Source: a virus. From it: 64,000 nt of DNA. How positions within the stretch are numbered: the stretch's first letter is position 1; every line of letters begins with the position of its first letter. The notes under the pieces were generated by a model. It was not told the DNA's origin. It worked only from the letters and a program-made list of their open reading frames with translations, and made no database searches. Both the position numbers and the translations under genes were made by a program. Below, in pieces: positions 17,518 to 27,409 of this stretch. Where the stretch lies: the IMG/VR virus record IMGVR_UViG_3300049740_000832. The stretch is one strand, 5' to 3'.

Positions 17518-18356
17518 TGAAAATAAGATGGCGTGGAACTTGGGGTGTTGGTGACTTCATGCAAGCACTCAACGCCTCTCATAATTATTGTTTCAAAAAT
17601 AAGACAACAGTAAATCTTGAGATGCACTGGCGACATGATGAAGACTACCTTCATCATCCTAAAGACCCAGAAACAATCATTCAAAGAATGGATTGGCTAC
17701 ACACACAATATCATCGTCAGGATGATGTGACAGTCACGCATGTTTTTAATTCTCAACTATTTCCGTATAATAACCTCGATACATCAGCCAATAAAACCCG
17801 ATGTTATTTTGATGACAAGCCTGTTGCATCTCCAAAAAATGACTGGATATTCAAACCAGAGTCATTTGTTCCCAAAAGAAAAAAGATAGTTATCTGGACA
17901 CCTACATACAATAGTCAAGCACCAAGAACTTGGAAAAACTTCTTGACAAGTGATGATTGGTATGATATAATTAAGCTACTTTCTTGGGAGGGTTGGATAC
18001 TAGTAGAATTAACTTATCGAACTCCTATTAGTGTTGCATTCAAACAAATATCAGAGGCAGATTTTATTGTATGTTATGATGGTATGTGGCACTTGATTGC
18101 AAGAAATTTTGGTAAACCTATGTTCATACCATCTTGGGAAGGTATCACTGAATACAACACACCACAGGCAATAAGAAGACCTATTTTAGATTTATCTAAA
18201 TATAAAGACAATCCCTCTGGGGCGACAGCTGTTGGTCGCAAGGATGTTAAGAAATTTTTTGGTGATGGTAATAAAAAGTTTGAACCTAATCTTACTAAAA
18301 TGAAAACAAAAGCAAAAGTTTATTTGAAAAATCTAAAAAAATATCATGAAGATTGA
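17517..18356 (+). CDS. GT-B fold glycosyltransferase (GT9-like)
   Basis: N-terminal GVGD; ISEADFIVCYDGMWHLIARNFGKP resembles the GT9 motif. Confidence 0.55.
   Translation: MKIRWRGTWGVGDFMQALNASHNYCFKNKTTVNLEMHWRHDEDYLHHPKDPETIIQRMDWLHTQYHRQDDVTVTHVFNSQLFPYNNLDTSANKTRCYFDDKPVASPKNDWIFKPESFVPKRKKIVIWTPTYNSQAPRTWKNFLTSDDWYDIIKLLSWEGWILVELTYRTPISVAFKQISEADFIVCYDGMWHLIARNFGKPMFIPSWEGITEYNTPQAIRRPILDLSKYKDNPSGATAVGRKDVKKFFGDGNKKFEPNLTKMKTKAKVYLKNLKKYHED
17943..17971 (+). promoter_or_regulatory. intragenic consensus sigma70 promoter
   Basis: TTGACA-17-TATAAT with extended -10 TG. Confidence 0.6.
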
Positions 18357-19305
18357 TAGAGCAGTAATTGAAGTCTATGGTGGATGTAACTACTCATGTA
18401 GTATGTGTCCTCAAGATATGCGAACAGGTGGTCGGGATAAACGATTCAAGGGTAAGATGACTCTTGAAGAGTTTGAACAGAACGTAGCAGATTGTGCTCA
18501 ACATGGTCTACGAGTCGTAAACCTTGATGGTAGTGGTGAGGCAACCGCAGTCAATAACCTACCCGATTATATCAGGATTGTCAAGAAATATAATGCACAG
18601 GCTGTTATCTTTTCTAATGGGTTCAAGATGCATGGTCAATACATGAAGGACTGTGTTGATGCGGGTCTTGACTTCTATCGGTTCTCATTCATTGGGTCAA
18701 ACCATGATAAATACGATGAGTGGATGTATAATAAAGTCGGTGGGACATACGAAAAAATTATTCAGAACATCCGCGAAATGAAGGCGTATGTAGAAGAGAC
18801 CGAATCAAAATGTGTAGTTGCGACATATCATCTGATTACTGACAATGACAATCTACAGAATGAACTAGACGAATACAAAGCATTGGTCGAAGACCTAGGC
18901 GTCAGAACAGAGATTTGGAAACTACATAACTGGAGTGGTGTGTATGACCCGTCTTATAAACGCGAAGGTGAGGTAAAGACCTGTGGGCGACCTTTTAGTC
19001 CAGACGTTGTTATTCGTGTTGGTGGCCTTGATGGTAAAAGAGGTGCTGTCGCTCCTTGTTGCCAAGTCTTGGGTAGAGACGAGGAAGCAGTTCTCGGTCA
19101 CACATCTGAAAACACAATTGAAGAAATCTGGTTCGGTGATGCGTATAGTCAACTCCGTGATGACCATACTACTGGAAATTATCCTGATTACTGCCGTGGG
19201 TGCGACTTTCTTCTTGATGACCCCGAAGTTCTAATTTATACAAATCACAATCGCGACCTCCACCACATGTATGGCACGGAGTTTGACCTCAATGATTTCC
19301 GATAA
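18346..19305 (+). CDS. radical SAM protein with SPASM/twitch domain
   Basis: CNYSCSMC; GSGEA; C-terminal CGRPF...PCC...CRGC. Confidence 0.9.
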   Translation: MKIDRAVIEVYGGCNYSCSMCPQDMRTGGRDKRFKGKMTLEEFEQNVADCAQHGLRVVNLDGSGEATAVNNLPDYIRIVKKYNAQAVIFSNGFKMHGQYMKDCVDAGLDFYRFSFIGSNHDKYDEWMYNKVGGTYEKIIQNIREMKAYVEETESKCVVATYHLITDNDNLQNELDEYKALVEDLGVRTEIWKLHNWSGVYDPSYKREGEVKTCGRPFSPDVVIRVGGLDGKRGAVAPCCQVLGRDEEAVLGHTSENTIEEIWFGDAYSQLRDDHTTGNYPDYCRGCDFLLDDPEVLIYTNHNRDLHHMYGTEFDLNDFR

Positions 19306-19891
19306 CATTTGGATGATACAGATACCTGATAACGAGGTATCACAATATTATGTGAATAGGGTTTTACCTTCGTGGAATAATCATAAGGTAAATATGTTTG
19401 ATGCATATACACCAGACCATATGCCTGACCATCTGAACTTCGGAAAGTTTTGGAACTTTCGAGACTTCAGTCAATCAGAGAAGGCGGGGTTCTATAGTCA
19501 TTTAGAACTGTGGAAAAAATGTTTTGAAGAGGATGAACCTATCGCAATCATTGAACACGATGTGATGTGCATCAAAGATGATATGCCTATCATAGATAAT
19601 TTCTTTGCCTTCTGCGATTTTGACTCTGAACAGAGTCATGAAAACTATGCCACAAGATTTAGAGGTCATCCCTATTGGGGGACGGGAGAGATGTTCTGTC
19701 CAGTCACTCATGCATATTACATGACACCTGATGTGGCAGAGACGATGTATTATAATCTTATAGATACAAAACTGAATAAATTTGTTGATGATTACATGTG
19801 GGAATTCATGGGTAAGGATACAAACAAAATTGTAAATTACACAAATCCTCTGTATGACAAAGAAGTTGGAGCAACGATGATTCATGAATAG
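19292..19891 (+). CDS. GT25-like glycosyltransferase
   Basis: EKAGFYSHLELWKKC...IIEHD...HAYYMTP. Confidence 0.75.
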   Translation: MISDNIWMIQIPDNEVSQYYVNRVLPSWNNHKVNMFDAYTPDHMPDHLNFGKFWNFRDFSQSEKAGFYSHLELWKKCFEEDEPIAIIEHDVMCIKDDMPIIDNFFAFCDFDSEQSHENYATRFRGHPYWGTGEMFCPVTHAYYMTPDVAETMYYNLIDTKLNKFVDDYMWEFMGKDTNKIVNYTNPLYDKEVGATMIHE

Positions 19892-20672
19892 AATGATTTT
19901 CCAAGTGGCGGTAGGTAAACCGTCCAAACTATATGAACACTGCATTGAAAGTGTTGCACAATACTGTGAGAAATATAATATTAAACATGTCGTATTGACT
20001 CAACCCAAACTGCGTATCAAACCTGACATCTTTACCAGTGGACGAAGTGAGGAATCCTATATGAAGTATGGGGGATATCTGCCTATCTATGAGAAGGAGA
20101 ATGCGTTTGAGTATCTGGATGACTATGACCAGATTGCAATCGTAGATGCAGACATCTATATCCGACCAGACGCACCAAATATCTTTGAAGACTTTGGAAC
20201 AGAACATGCGTTTGGTGCGGTATGTGAACGCGAGATGAATATTCAGGATTGGTATAAAAACAAGATTATCAACTACTCGCGTATGCAATACAATCCGCTT
20301 CATCGGAATACCCTTGATTTCAAACCAAACAATCTGGGGTTTGAGTTCTTTAACATGGGTCTCATTCTGTTGAACAGTAAACTCTTCAAACCATACCTCA
20401 AAGGCCAAGACCCACATAGTTTTATCAATCGTATGGAGTTTAAGGACTTTGTTGATGGTGTGGGTGCATGGAAGTGGTCTACCGACCAGACACTACTGAA
20501 CTACTTTCTCAAGAGATATAACATTCCAACTAAACATATGAACGGTAAATGGAATGGTCTGTATAGTGCAGTCGATAATCTGAAGGATTGTCACTTCATT
20601 CATTTCTTCCTAAAAGACAAACTTCCCAATGCTGGTGAGAATGTTGGAGAGTTGATGAAACAAATCGTATAA
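19884..20672 (+). CDS. GT8-like glycosyltransferase
   Basis: IVDAD, FFNMGL, TDQTLLN, KWNG, FIHF. Confidence 0.8.
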   Translation: MNRMIFQVAVGKPSKLYEHCIESVAQYCEKYNIKHVVLTQPKLRIKPDIFTSGRSEESYMKYGGYLPIYEKENAFEYLDDYDQIAIVDADIYIRPDAPNIFEDFGTEHAFGAVCEREMNIQDWYKNKIINYSRMQYNPLHRNTLDFKPNNLGFEFFNMGLILLNSKLFKPYLKGQDPHSFINRMEFKDFVDGVGAWKWSTDQTLLNYFLKRYNIPTKHMNGKWNGLYSAVDNLKDCHFIHFFLKDKLPNAGENVGELMKQIV

Positions 20673-20675
20673 ATA
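20668..20675 (+). promoter_or_regulatory. T4-type late promoter
   Basis: TATAAATA upstream of 20710. Confidence 0.75.
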
Positions 20676-20709
20676 ATGTTATTGTCAATAGAGTGAATAA
20701 GGAACTAAC

Positions 20710-21408
20710 ATGTTAAACCCACAAGAGTTTGTGAAGAAAATTCGCAACGAAAATCAAGCATTGTTCGAAGCATCCAAGATGAACGTCAAGGCATACTTCG
20801 AAGGCGACCTTTCTAAAGAGGAAATGGTTGACCACTTCATTGGTCGCATGGTCAATGAACGTATGAACATGTCTGAAATCTCCGCACAAATCGCAAGTGC
20901 AGACGATGATGCAGACCCAAGAGAATTAGAATTACTTTCAAAACAAGCAGCAGATGAAGCAAAACACTATCGTATGGTCAAGGAAGTTATTGAACATATC
21001 ACTGGTGAAGAAGTAGATGCTGCAAGTGCGATTGCAAAAGAACGCGAAATGGATACTGCCAAAGGTGCATCTCTGTTAGAAAAGTATGACGCAGAGAATG
21101 ACGAGGCAGTCCTCGCCGCATATCAGTTGGTTGCGGAAGGTCGTGCAGAAGCGGTATGGAATCAGATGGCAGATACTATCGAAGATAGTTTCATTTCTGG
21201 TCGTTATCGCGAGATTGCAAAGGACGAAGGTTTCCACAGTGGTATCGGTGCATACAAGTTACGCAAAGTTGCAACCGATGAGAAAACACAGAGTCGTGTT
21301 CTTCGTATTATCGAAGCAATGCGTAAAGACCTGTTTGAAATCTCGTGTGCAAATACAGTCGAAGCAAAAGGTTCACGCGAACTTGTGAACACAGTCTACG
21401 GTTGGTAA
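20710..21408 (+). CDS. ferritin-like diiron protein
   Basis: NE...DEAKH...AEG...DEGFH: two ExxH motifs in a helical bundle. Confidence 0.75.
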   Translation: MLNPQEFVKKIRNENQALFEASKMNVKAYFEGDLSKEEMVDHFIGRMVNERMNMSEISAQIASADDDADPRELELLSKQAADEAKHYRMVKEVIEHITGEEVDAASAIAKEREMDTAKGASLLEKYDAENDEAVLAAYQLVAEGRAEAVWNQMADTIEDSFISGRYREIAKDEGFHSGIGAYKLRKVATDEKTQSRVLRIIEAMRKDLFEISCANTVEAKGSRELVNTVYGW

Positions 21409-21960
21409 ATGAACGTAGGACTCACACAACGAGTCCTCACGCACAACGGACAAGTTCATGACTCTTTAGACCACAACTGGTATCGGTTGTTGAAGGGTCA
21501 TGAACTTATCCCCATCCCAAATCGTGAAGACTTAGATTATGAATCCCTTGCGGAGTCTCTCGACCTTCTCATCGTCACAGGTGGGGATAACGAAGAGATT
21601 CGTATTATCACAGAAGTATCTCTCATAACCGAAATGTCAAGACTGGGTAAACCCATTCTTGGTATCTGTCATGGTGCGTTTCTCCTAACAGAGATGCTTG
21701 GCGGTAGCACGAAGGAAATCGAAGGTCACTATGATACCGAACATCTTGTATATGGAGATGCACCTACCCACATCCGTGTGAACAGTTTTCATAATATTTC
21801 TATTGACAAACAGCCCCCAAATGGTGTATACTTATATATTGATGGGAATGGTAACATTGAGTCTTGGATGAAAGACAACATATGTGCAATTGTCTGGCAT
21901 CCTGAAAGAATGACCAGACCCTTTATACCTGATGAGATACGGAAGGTGACAGGATTATGA
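21409..21960 (+). CDS. class I glutamine amidotransferase-like protein (peptidase C26 type)
   Basis: TGGD, LGICHG, VNSFH, WHPE catalytic triad. Confidence 0.88.
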   Translation: MNVGLTQRVLTHNGQVHDSLDHNWYRLLKGHELIPIPNREDLDYESLAESLDLLIVTGGDNEEIRIITEVSLITEMSRLGKPILGICHGAFLLTEMLGGSTKEIEGHYDTEHLVYGDAPTHIRVNSFHNISIDKQPPNGVYLYIDGNGNIESWMKDNICAIVWHPERMTRPFIPDEIRKVTGL

Positions 21961-22637
21961 TGAAACAGATTGATAATGGAGAGACTTATCAGGTTACCGA
22001 TATTTGGAATTATGATATCCAAGTTATAAGGGGTGTCAATACGACTTATATCAATAACAATAACTCGATAGGAACAAGTTATATTATGGGTAAAGACTGT
22101 AGTGTCCATATGAAGAACGGTTGGTCAGTTGAGACTAACAGTTTCGCAGGGCAGACAGACAATGAGTTCACGGTTGAGACACATAATGATACCTCTGTGT
22201 TTGCTCACATCAAGTTCTATGGTCTGCATCTCAACGATGACCGCATGTTCATACCACATGATAATCCAAAAGGCAACCTATCTTACATGGACGGCGGAAC
22301 GAACACCACCGCAGTCAATCCTGGCCGTCTTGGACTTCCCGTCATCAACTATGTCCACTTCCCCGCAGGGATGAAACAGACTCTCCACACTCATCCAAGT
22401 CAACGCATCGGATTAGTCCTGTCTGGTAAAGGTGAGATTGAACTTGATAATGATGTAATGTTCCCTATCAAGGCGGGGGATTGTTGGGTCATGGAGAGAA
22501 ATGTTTTACATAATTTTATGTGTAATAAGGGTGAGGATGTTACATTATTTGTATTCAGTCCTGACTCTGGAACAGGGCCAACAGATGAAATCAACCCATT
22601 GAAAGTGAGAACCTATGTCGGACAACAACGATTATAA
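21957..22637 (+). CDS. cupin-domain protein
   Basis: QTLHTHPSQRIGLVLSGKG...AGD...LHNF. Confidence 0.75.
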   Translation: MMKQIDNGETYQVTDIWNYDIQVIRGVNTTYINNNNSIGTSYIMGKDCSVHMKNGWSVETNSFAGQTDNEFTVETHNDTSVFAHIKFYGLHLNDDRMFIPHDNPKGNLSYMDGGTNTTAVNPGRLGLPVINYVHFPAGMKQTLHTHPSQRIGLVLSGKGEIELDNDVMFPIKAGDCWVMERNVLHNFMCNKGEDVTLFVFSPDSGTGPTDEINPLKVRTYVGQQRL

Positions 22638-23253
22638 AAAACTATTAATCATAACAGGCCCACAGGGGTCTGGCAATCATCTATTCAGTAAAGTGTTTAG
22701 TTATCATCCATATGTGAGTGGATGGGATTTTGGTGACAAGTATTGGATACCAAGTGACGAAGAACCCTTTGCAGAATGTTGGGTAGACCCATCAAAGACG
22801 AAGAGTATGTTGAAAAGTTCTGCGGTTGTTGCAAACGTCAGTGTGCCTTTTGTGTATGACGGAGTGAAACAAGTTCCAAAGATACAAGAAGTCATGAAGG
22901 AGGCACAAAACGTAGGGTATGATGTTAAGGTCTGTATTGTAGTTCGAGACCGTAATATAAATATGGAACAACAGTTTAGGGTTAGAAACGAATTCACATT
23001 GCCACAAGCACTAGGATATTATTACAAACTAGATGCCGACTTACAGTTCCTTTCTCATGAGTCGTTATATTTGTATGGTGGTGCGTATCTGAAGTGGTTG
23101 TCAAAGGTTCTTGACTTTCCGATTGCATATAATGATGAACGAATTGAGAAAGATATTGCAAAAGACCAAAATGCAAAATATGTGGAGCCTGTTGACTCTC
23201 ACTGGTTGGATGAACAAGTATGGCAAGGGATAAGACCAAAGAATGAACGGTAA
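22615..23253 (+). CDS. P-loop/sulfotransferase-like protein
   Basis: LLIITGPQGSGNHLF; IVVRD; HESL. Confidence 0.55.
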   Translation: MSDNNDYKKLLIITGPQGSGNHLFSKVFSYHPYVSGWDFGDKYWIPSDEEPFAECWVDPSKTKSMLKSSAVVANVSVPFVYDGVKQVPKIQEVMKEAQNVGYDVKVCIVVRDRNINMEQQFRVRNEFTLPQALGYYYKLDADLQFLSHESLYLYGGAYLKWLSKVLDFPIAYNDERIEKDIAKDQNAKYVEPVDSHWLDEQVWQGIRPKNER

Positions 23254-23779
23254 ATACATCTTTGTCACTGGTGCGCCTGGTTCACGATGGAGTGGTTATG
23301 TTGAAGACCACCTATACATTCGTGACGATATAGACAAGAGTGATAGGTCACCTGAACGAGAGTATTGGCATGGTCGTGATGGTTGTAGAGACTTAGTGCA
23401 TAGAGGTGCATACTTTGACCCTGGCATGGAGTTTCGAAATGATGAGAAATATTGGGATAAACCATTTAGTGGTGAAGGTATTCGCATAATCAAGTCTCAT
23501 ACATTTGCTTATCATATATATTGGTTGATGAGATGGAACTGTCCTATTCATCTGGTATATAGAACTAATCAAGAATGTTTTGATTGGTGGCACGAATGTG
23601 GTGGTTGGAATATCAAGTATCCCGACTATAAATGGTATCGAGACGATGACAATATGATAGAACAGATACAAATGCAGAACCTTCTTATCAAAGAATTTGT
23701 TGAAGAAGAAGGTCTTGAAAAACATAATGACGGAAAAAGAGATTATTACATATGGACGCCAAAGACAGAGAATGGTTAA
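23243..23779 (+). CDS. P-loop/sulfotransferase-like protein
   Basis: YIFVTGAPGSRWS; IIKSH; LVYR. Confidence 0.55.
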   Translation: MNGKYIFVTGAPGSRWSGYVEDHLYIRDDIDKSDRSPEREYWHGRDGCRDLVHRGAYFDPGMEFRNDEKYWDKPFSGEGIRIIKSHTFAYHIYWLMRWNCPIHLVYRTNQECFDWWHECGGWNIKYPDYKWYRDDDNMIEQIQMQNLLIKEFVEEEGLEKHNDGKRDYYIWTPKTENG

Positions 23780-24321
23780 AAGATTACTTTACTTACCATT
23801 GGCCCAGTTCACGCACTGCGGGATTGGATGATTATTATTGGACAGGATGGAGATTGATAGATGAAATACAAGAAGGAGAAACCGTCTTGGATGTCGGTTG
23901 CGGGGTTAATCCGTTTAAGAGACATATTAAAGGATTACATGGCATCGATATTACAGACATTGGGAGTGACGAACAAGTCGCAATCGAGGACTATAGACCA
24001 GAAACTAAATTTGATGTTGCTTTTTGCCTCGGCTCTATTAATTTTGGCGGCTGGTCTGAAGTAGTAGAACAAATCAATTCACTGACACGAAGGTGTCTAA
24101 AAGATGAATGTCGAATTTATTGGAGATGTAATCCAGGCCATCGTGACCATGAGAATGAATTAGTCAACCAAGTTCCCTTCTTTAATTGGAATATAAATCA
24201 TCATATCATGTTGACACAAAATACAGGTTTCAAAGTTACAGAATTTATGCCTGATAATAATAGGATGTATGTGAAATGGGAAAGAAAATCTTCGTCCATA
24301 TCCCCAAAAACGGGGGGATGA
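23752..24321 (+). CDS. class I SAM-dependent methyltransferase
   Basis: VLDVGCG; GID; FDVAFC. Confidence 0.8.
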   Translation: MDAKDREWLKDYFTYHWPSSRTAGLDDYYWTGWRLIDEIQEGETVLDVGCGVNPFKRHIKGLHGIDITDIGSDEQVAIEDYRPETKFDVAFCLGSINFGGWSEVVEQINSLTRRCLKDECRIYWRCNPGHRDHENELVNQVPFFNWNINHHIMLTQNTGFKVTEFMPDNNRMYVKWERKSSSISPKTGG

Positions 24322-24965
24322 CAATCAGGAGAAATCCTGAACTGCGACCAAAAGTATTACTCGCAACACCAGAAAATCATATTAATCGTCAGTATACAGA
24401 AGACCTTTTTCGCGTTATGCAAGAAAACCGCGAACATCACGGTTTTGAACATGCAAGGTGGAGAGACTGGAATCAACAGGTTCGAGAAAATCATCGTGCA
24501 TTTGCAATTGTTCGTAACCCGTGGAGTCGAGTTGTATCGCGATTTGAATTTGCAAAAAAGGTAATCTATAAAGAAGATGGTTCTGACCATTTTGGTAGAA
24601 CAGATTATATTGACTGTTCCTCGTTTGAAGCATTCCTTGAAACTCGACACGAATGGGGTGGTAGAAAGTTCTTCTGGCATCGTGCAATCCGTGGGTGGTA
24701 TCCCGCATTGGATTATGTGACTGATGAAAAAGGTAAACTTAGGTGTGACATTCTTAGGTTTGAACACTATGATGATGACGTAAAATCATATCTGGGTGTC
24801 CTATTCAATCCCGAACCTCGCAATGTGACTGGATATAAACAGTCTACATATACTGATTACTATAACGATAAAACAATTCAGATTGTTGCTGACTGGTATA
24901 AAAAAGATATTGACTATTGGGGATTCGACTTTGATAGTGCTGCACAAAGGAACTATTGGAGATGA
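24276..24965 (+). CDS. carbohydrate sulfotransferase (Sulfotransfer_2-like)
   Basis: FVHIPKNGGMTI (5'-PSB), VRNPWSRVVS (3'-PB), RFE, YKKDI...GFDF. Confidence 0.85.
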   Translation: MGKKIFVHIPKNGGMTIRRNPELRPKVLLATPENHINRQYTEDLFRVMQENREHHGFEHARWRDWNQQVRENHRAFAIVRNPWSRVVSRFEFAKKVIYKEDGSDHFGRTDYIDCSSFEAFLETRHEWGGRKFFWHRAIRGWYPALDYVTDEKGKLRCDILRFEHYDDDVKSYLGVLFNPEPRNVTGYKQSTYTDYYNDKTIQIVADWYKKDIDYWGFDFDSAAQRNYWR

Positions 24966-25558
24966 TGGGAAGCCCAATAAACAAAGACTCCGTAAATATT
25001 ATGGGGTTGATAGAACCAAACTCGATAGGCGCAGAAGTGGGCGTCTGGTTTGGAAACTCCTCACAGAAATTCTTGGGTCGAGGAGTGAGAGAACTTCATC
25101 TCGTAGATGCATGGAGTATTGAACCATATAAAGAATCTACAGAACATGGCACATATGAAAACTATCTAGAAAGATATTCCAAGATGTGTGGGGGTAATAC
25201 CGAAAAAGATTTCCAAAAATACTATGATAGTGTTTATAGAACAGTGAAGTCAACAATAGGAACAGACCCTCGTGTTACCATTTATCGAATGAACTCTAAT
25301 GAGTGGTTTGATAGTTTTGATAAGAAACTTGATTGGATTTATGTTGACGGTGACCATTCCTACGAGGGGTGTCTTCGTGACTTGAACAATGCACTAAAGG
25401 TTGTCAGAGTTGGCGGTCTTATTCTTGGAGATGATTATAAATGGCCAGATACAAAATTTGGTAAGACTGGTGTCACTCGAGCGGTAGACAAGTTTTGTTA
25501 TAGTAATGGTTTATTGAAAGAACAACACGGACAAGTTCAGTTTAGTATAAAGGTATAA
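24962..25558 (+). CDS. SAM methyltransferase (Methyltransf_24-like)
   Basis: AEVGVWFG, VDAW, IYVDGDHSYE, GDDY. Confidence 0.85.
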   Translation: MMGSPINKDSVNIMGLIEPNSIGAEVGVWFGNSSQKFLGRGVRELHLVDAWSIEPYKESTEHGTYENYLERYSKMCGGNTEKDFQKYYDSVYRTVKSTIGTDPRVTIYRMNSNEWFDSFDKKLDWIYVDGDHSYEGCLRDLNNALKVVRVGGLILGDDYKWPDTKFGKTGVTRAVDKFCYSNGLLKEQHGQVQFSIKV

Positions 25559-25559
25559 T

Positions 25560-26087
25560 ATGCATCCCTCATCAATCGCAAATATGAAAAGGTGTAGAGA
25601 ACACCTAAATGAAGTTATCGGAAAAGACATCACAGTTTTGGATGTTGGTGGTCGTGCATTGAAAGCAGATAAGGATAGGTCATATCGTCCAATCTGGGAA
25701 GATGTTGCAGAGAAATATCTAATTGCAGACCTTGTGGCAGGATTGAATGTTGACTTACCAATGCCTGGCCCTTATACAATTCCCCTTGAGGACGAGTCTG
25801 TCGATTTGGTTGTGAGTGGTCAAACCCTTGAACATGTCAAGAATCCCTTTCGAAGTGTTACTGAGATGACACGAGTTTTGAAAACGGGTTCACATATTAT
25901 TTTAATTGCACCATCTACTGGCCCTCGACATGATAGTATTGACTGTTGGAGATTTATGGATGACAGTTTCAAGGCAATCGCCGAGGAATGTGGTCTAAAA
26001 GTTGTGTTAGATTATATCGATTTTGGCCCGTGGGAAGAACGGTCTGCAAGATGGAAAGACCATGTTTTCATCGGTAAGAAGAAATGA
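25560..26087 (+). CDS. SAM methyltransferase (Methyltransf_11-like)
   Basis: VLDVGG, DLVVSGQTLEHV, RVLKTG, DCWRF. Confidence 0.85.
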   Translation: MHPSSIANMKRCREHLNEVIGKDITVLDVGGRALKADKDRSYRPIWEDVAEKYLIADLVAGLNVDLPMPGPYTIPLEDESVDLVVSGQTLEHVKNPFRSVTEMTRVLKTGSHIILIAPSTGPRHDSIDCWRFMDDSFKAIAEECGLKVVLDYIDFGPWEERSARWKDHVFIGKKK

Positions 26088-27409
26088 TAAAACTTATATT
26101 GTTTGACCTAGATGGAGTTCTGGTCAATACAAAAAATATACATTTTGATGCATTGAATGAGGCGTTGGGTGAACGTGCAGTCACCCGTGACGAACACTTG
26201 TCCTTGTATGATGGTATGACTACCATGAACAAATTACGTTTCATGGGGTTCTCTGAGTCTGAATCCAAGAAAATATTTTATGACAAACAACTCTATACTT
26301 ATCGAAGACTAGACTCACTTGAAAAAAACAATAATATCATTGATTTATTTTTAGAATTAAAGAAAGAAGGATATGAAATTGGAATTTGTTCTAACGCAAT
26401 TAAAAAGACTGTGGTTAAATGTCTATCCAGAGTTGGTATTACTCACCTATGTGATTTTTTTCTCTGTTCTGGTGATGTAACTAATCCAAAACCACACCCC
26501 GAAATATATTGGAAAGCGATGTCAACTATGGGTGTTCTTCCTGAAGAGACTTTGATTGTTGAGGACTCTCATGTTGGTCTGTTGGCAGCGCATCGGTCTA
26601 GTGCAAATGTGATTAGGGTGAACAGTCCTGATGATGTAAATCTTGGTTTAATAGAAAGAATCAAAGGTCAAACTCCAACTCCTCGATGGAAAGATGAGAA
26701 ACTAAACGTAGTCATACCAATGGCAGGCGCGGGTAGTCGTTTTTCAAATGCGGGATATACTTTTCCTAAACCACTGATTGATGTCAATGGGAAACCAATG
26801 ATTCAAAGAGTTGTAGAGAATATCGCGATTGAAGCAAACTATATTTTCATTGTCCAAAAATCACATCGAGAGAAATACAATCTGGATTCGATGTTGAACA
26901 TGATTGCACCAAACTGCAAGATTGTGGAGATTGAAGGTATGACAGAAGGTGCTGCTTGCACAACTCTACTCGCAAAAGAATATATCAATAATGACTCACC
27001 ACTGTTTATTGCAAACTCTGACCAATATGTAAAATGGGATTCATCACACTTCATGTATAAAATGAAGGAACATGATGTTGATGGTGGTATTGTTACTTTC
27101 AAAGCAACACATCCCAAGTGGTCATATGCACAGACAGATGGTCTAGGTAATGTCGTGAAGGTTGCGGAGAAAGACCCAATCAGTGACAATGCGACTGTTG
27201 GGTTTTACTACTGGAAACGTGGTAGAGATTATGTGTCTTTCTGTGAAGACATGATTGCGCTTGACCAGAGAGTAAATGGTGAGTTTTATGTCTGTCCTGT
27301 ATATAATAATGCGATACGCGAAGGAAAAGGTATTAAGATATATGAGGTTGAAGAGATGTGGGGACTAGGAACTCCTGAAGACCTTGAACAATACTTGAGA
27401 GAGAATTGA
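26084..27409 (+). CDS. HAD phosphatase fused to a sugar-phosphate nucleotidyltransferase
   Basis: FDLDGVL, KPHPE, VEDS; then IPMAGAGSRF...PKPLI, ANSDQ, GLGTPEDL. Confidence 0.9.
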   Translation: MIKLILFDLDGVLVNTKNIHFDALNEALGERAVTRDEHLSLYDGMTTMNKLRFMGFSESESKKIFYDKQLYTYRRLDSLEKNNNIIDLFLELKKEGYEIGICSNAIKKTVVKCLSRVGITHLCDFFLCSGDVTNPKPHPEIYWKAMSTMGVLPEETLIVEDSHVGLLAAHRSSANVIRVNSPDDVNLGLIERIKGQTPTPRWKDEKLNVVIPMAGAGSRFSNAGYTFPKPLIDVNGKPMIQRVVENIAIEANYIFIVQKSHREKYNLDSMLNMIAPNCKIVEIEGMTEGAACTTLLAKEYINNDSPLFIANSDQYVKWDSSHFMYKMKEHDVDGGIVTFKATHPKWSYAQTDGLGNVVKVAEKDPISDNATVGFYYWKRGRDYVSFCEDMIALDQRVNGEFYVCPVYNNAIREGKGIKIYEVEEMWGLGTPEDLEQYLREN

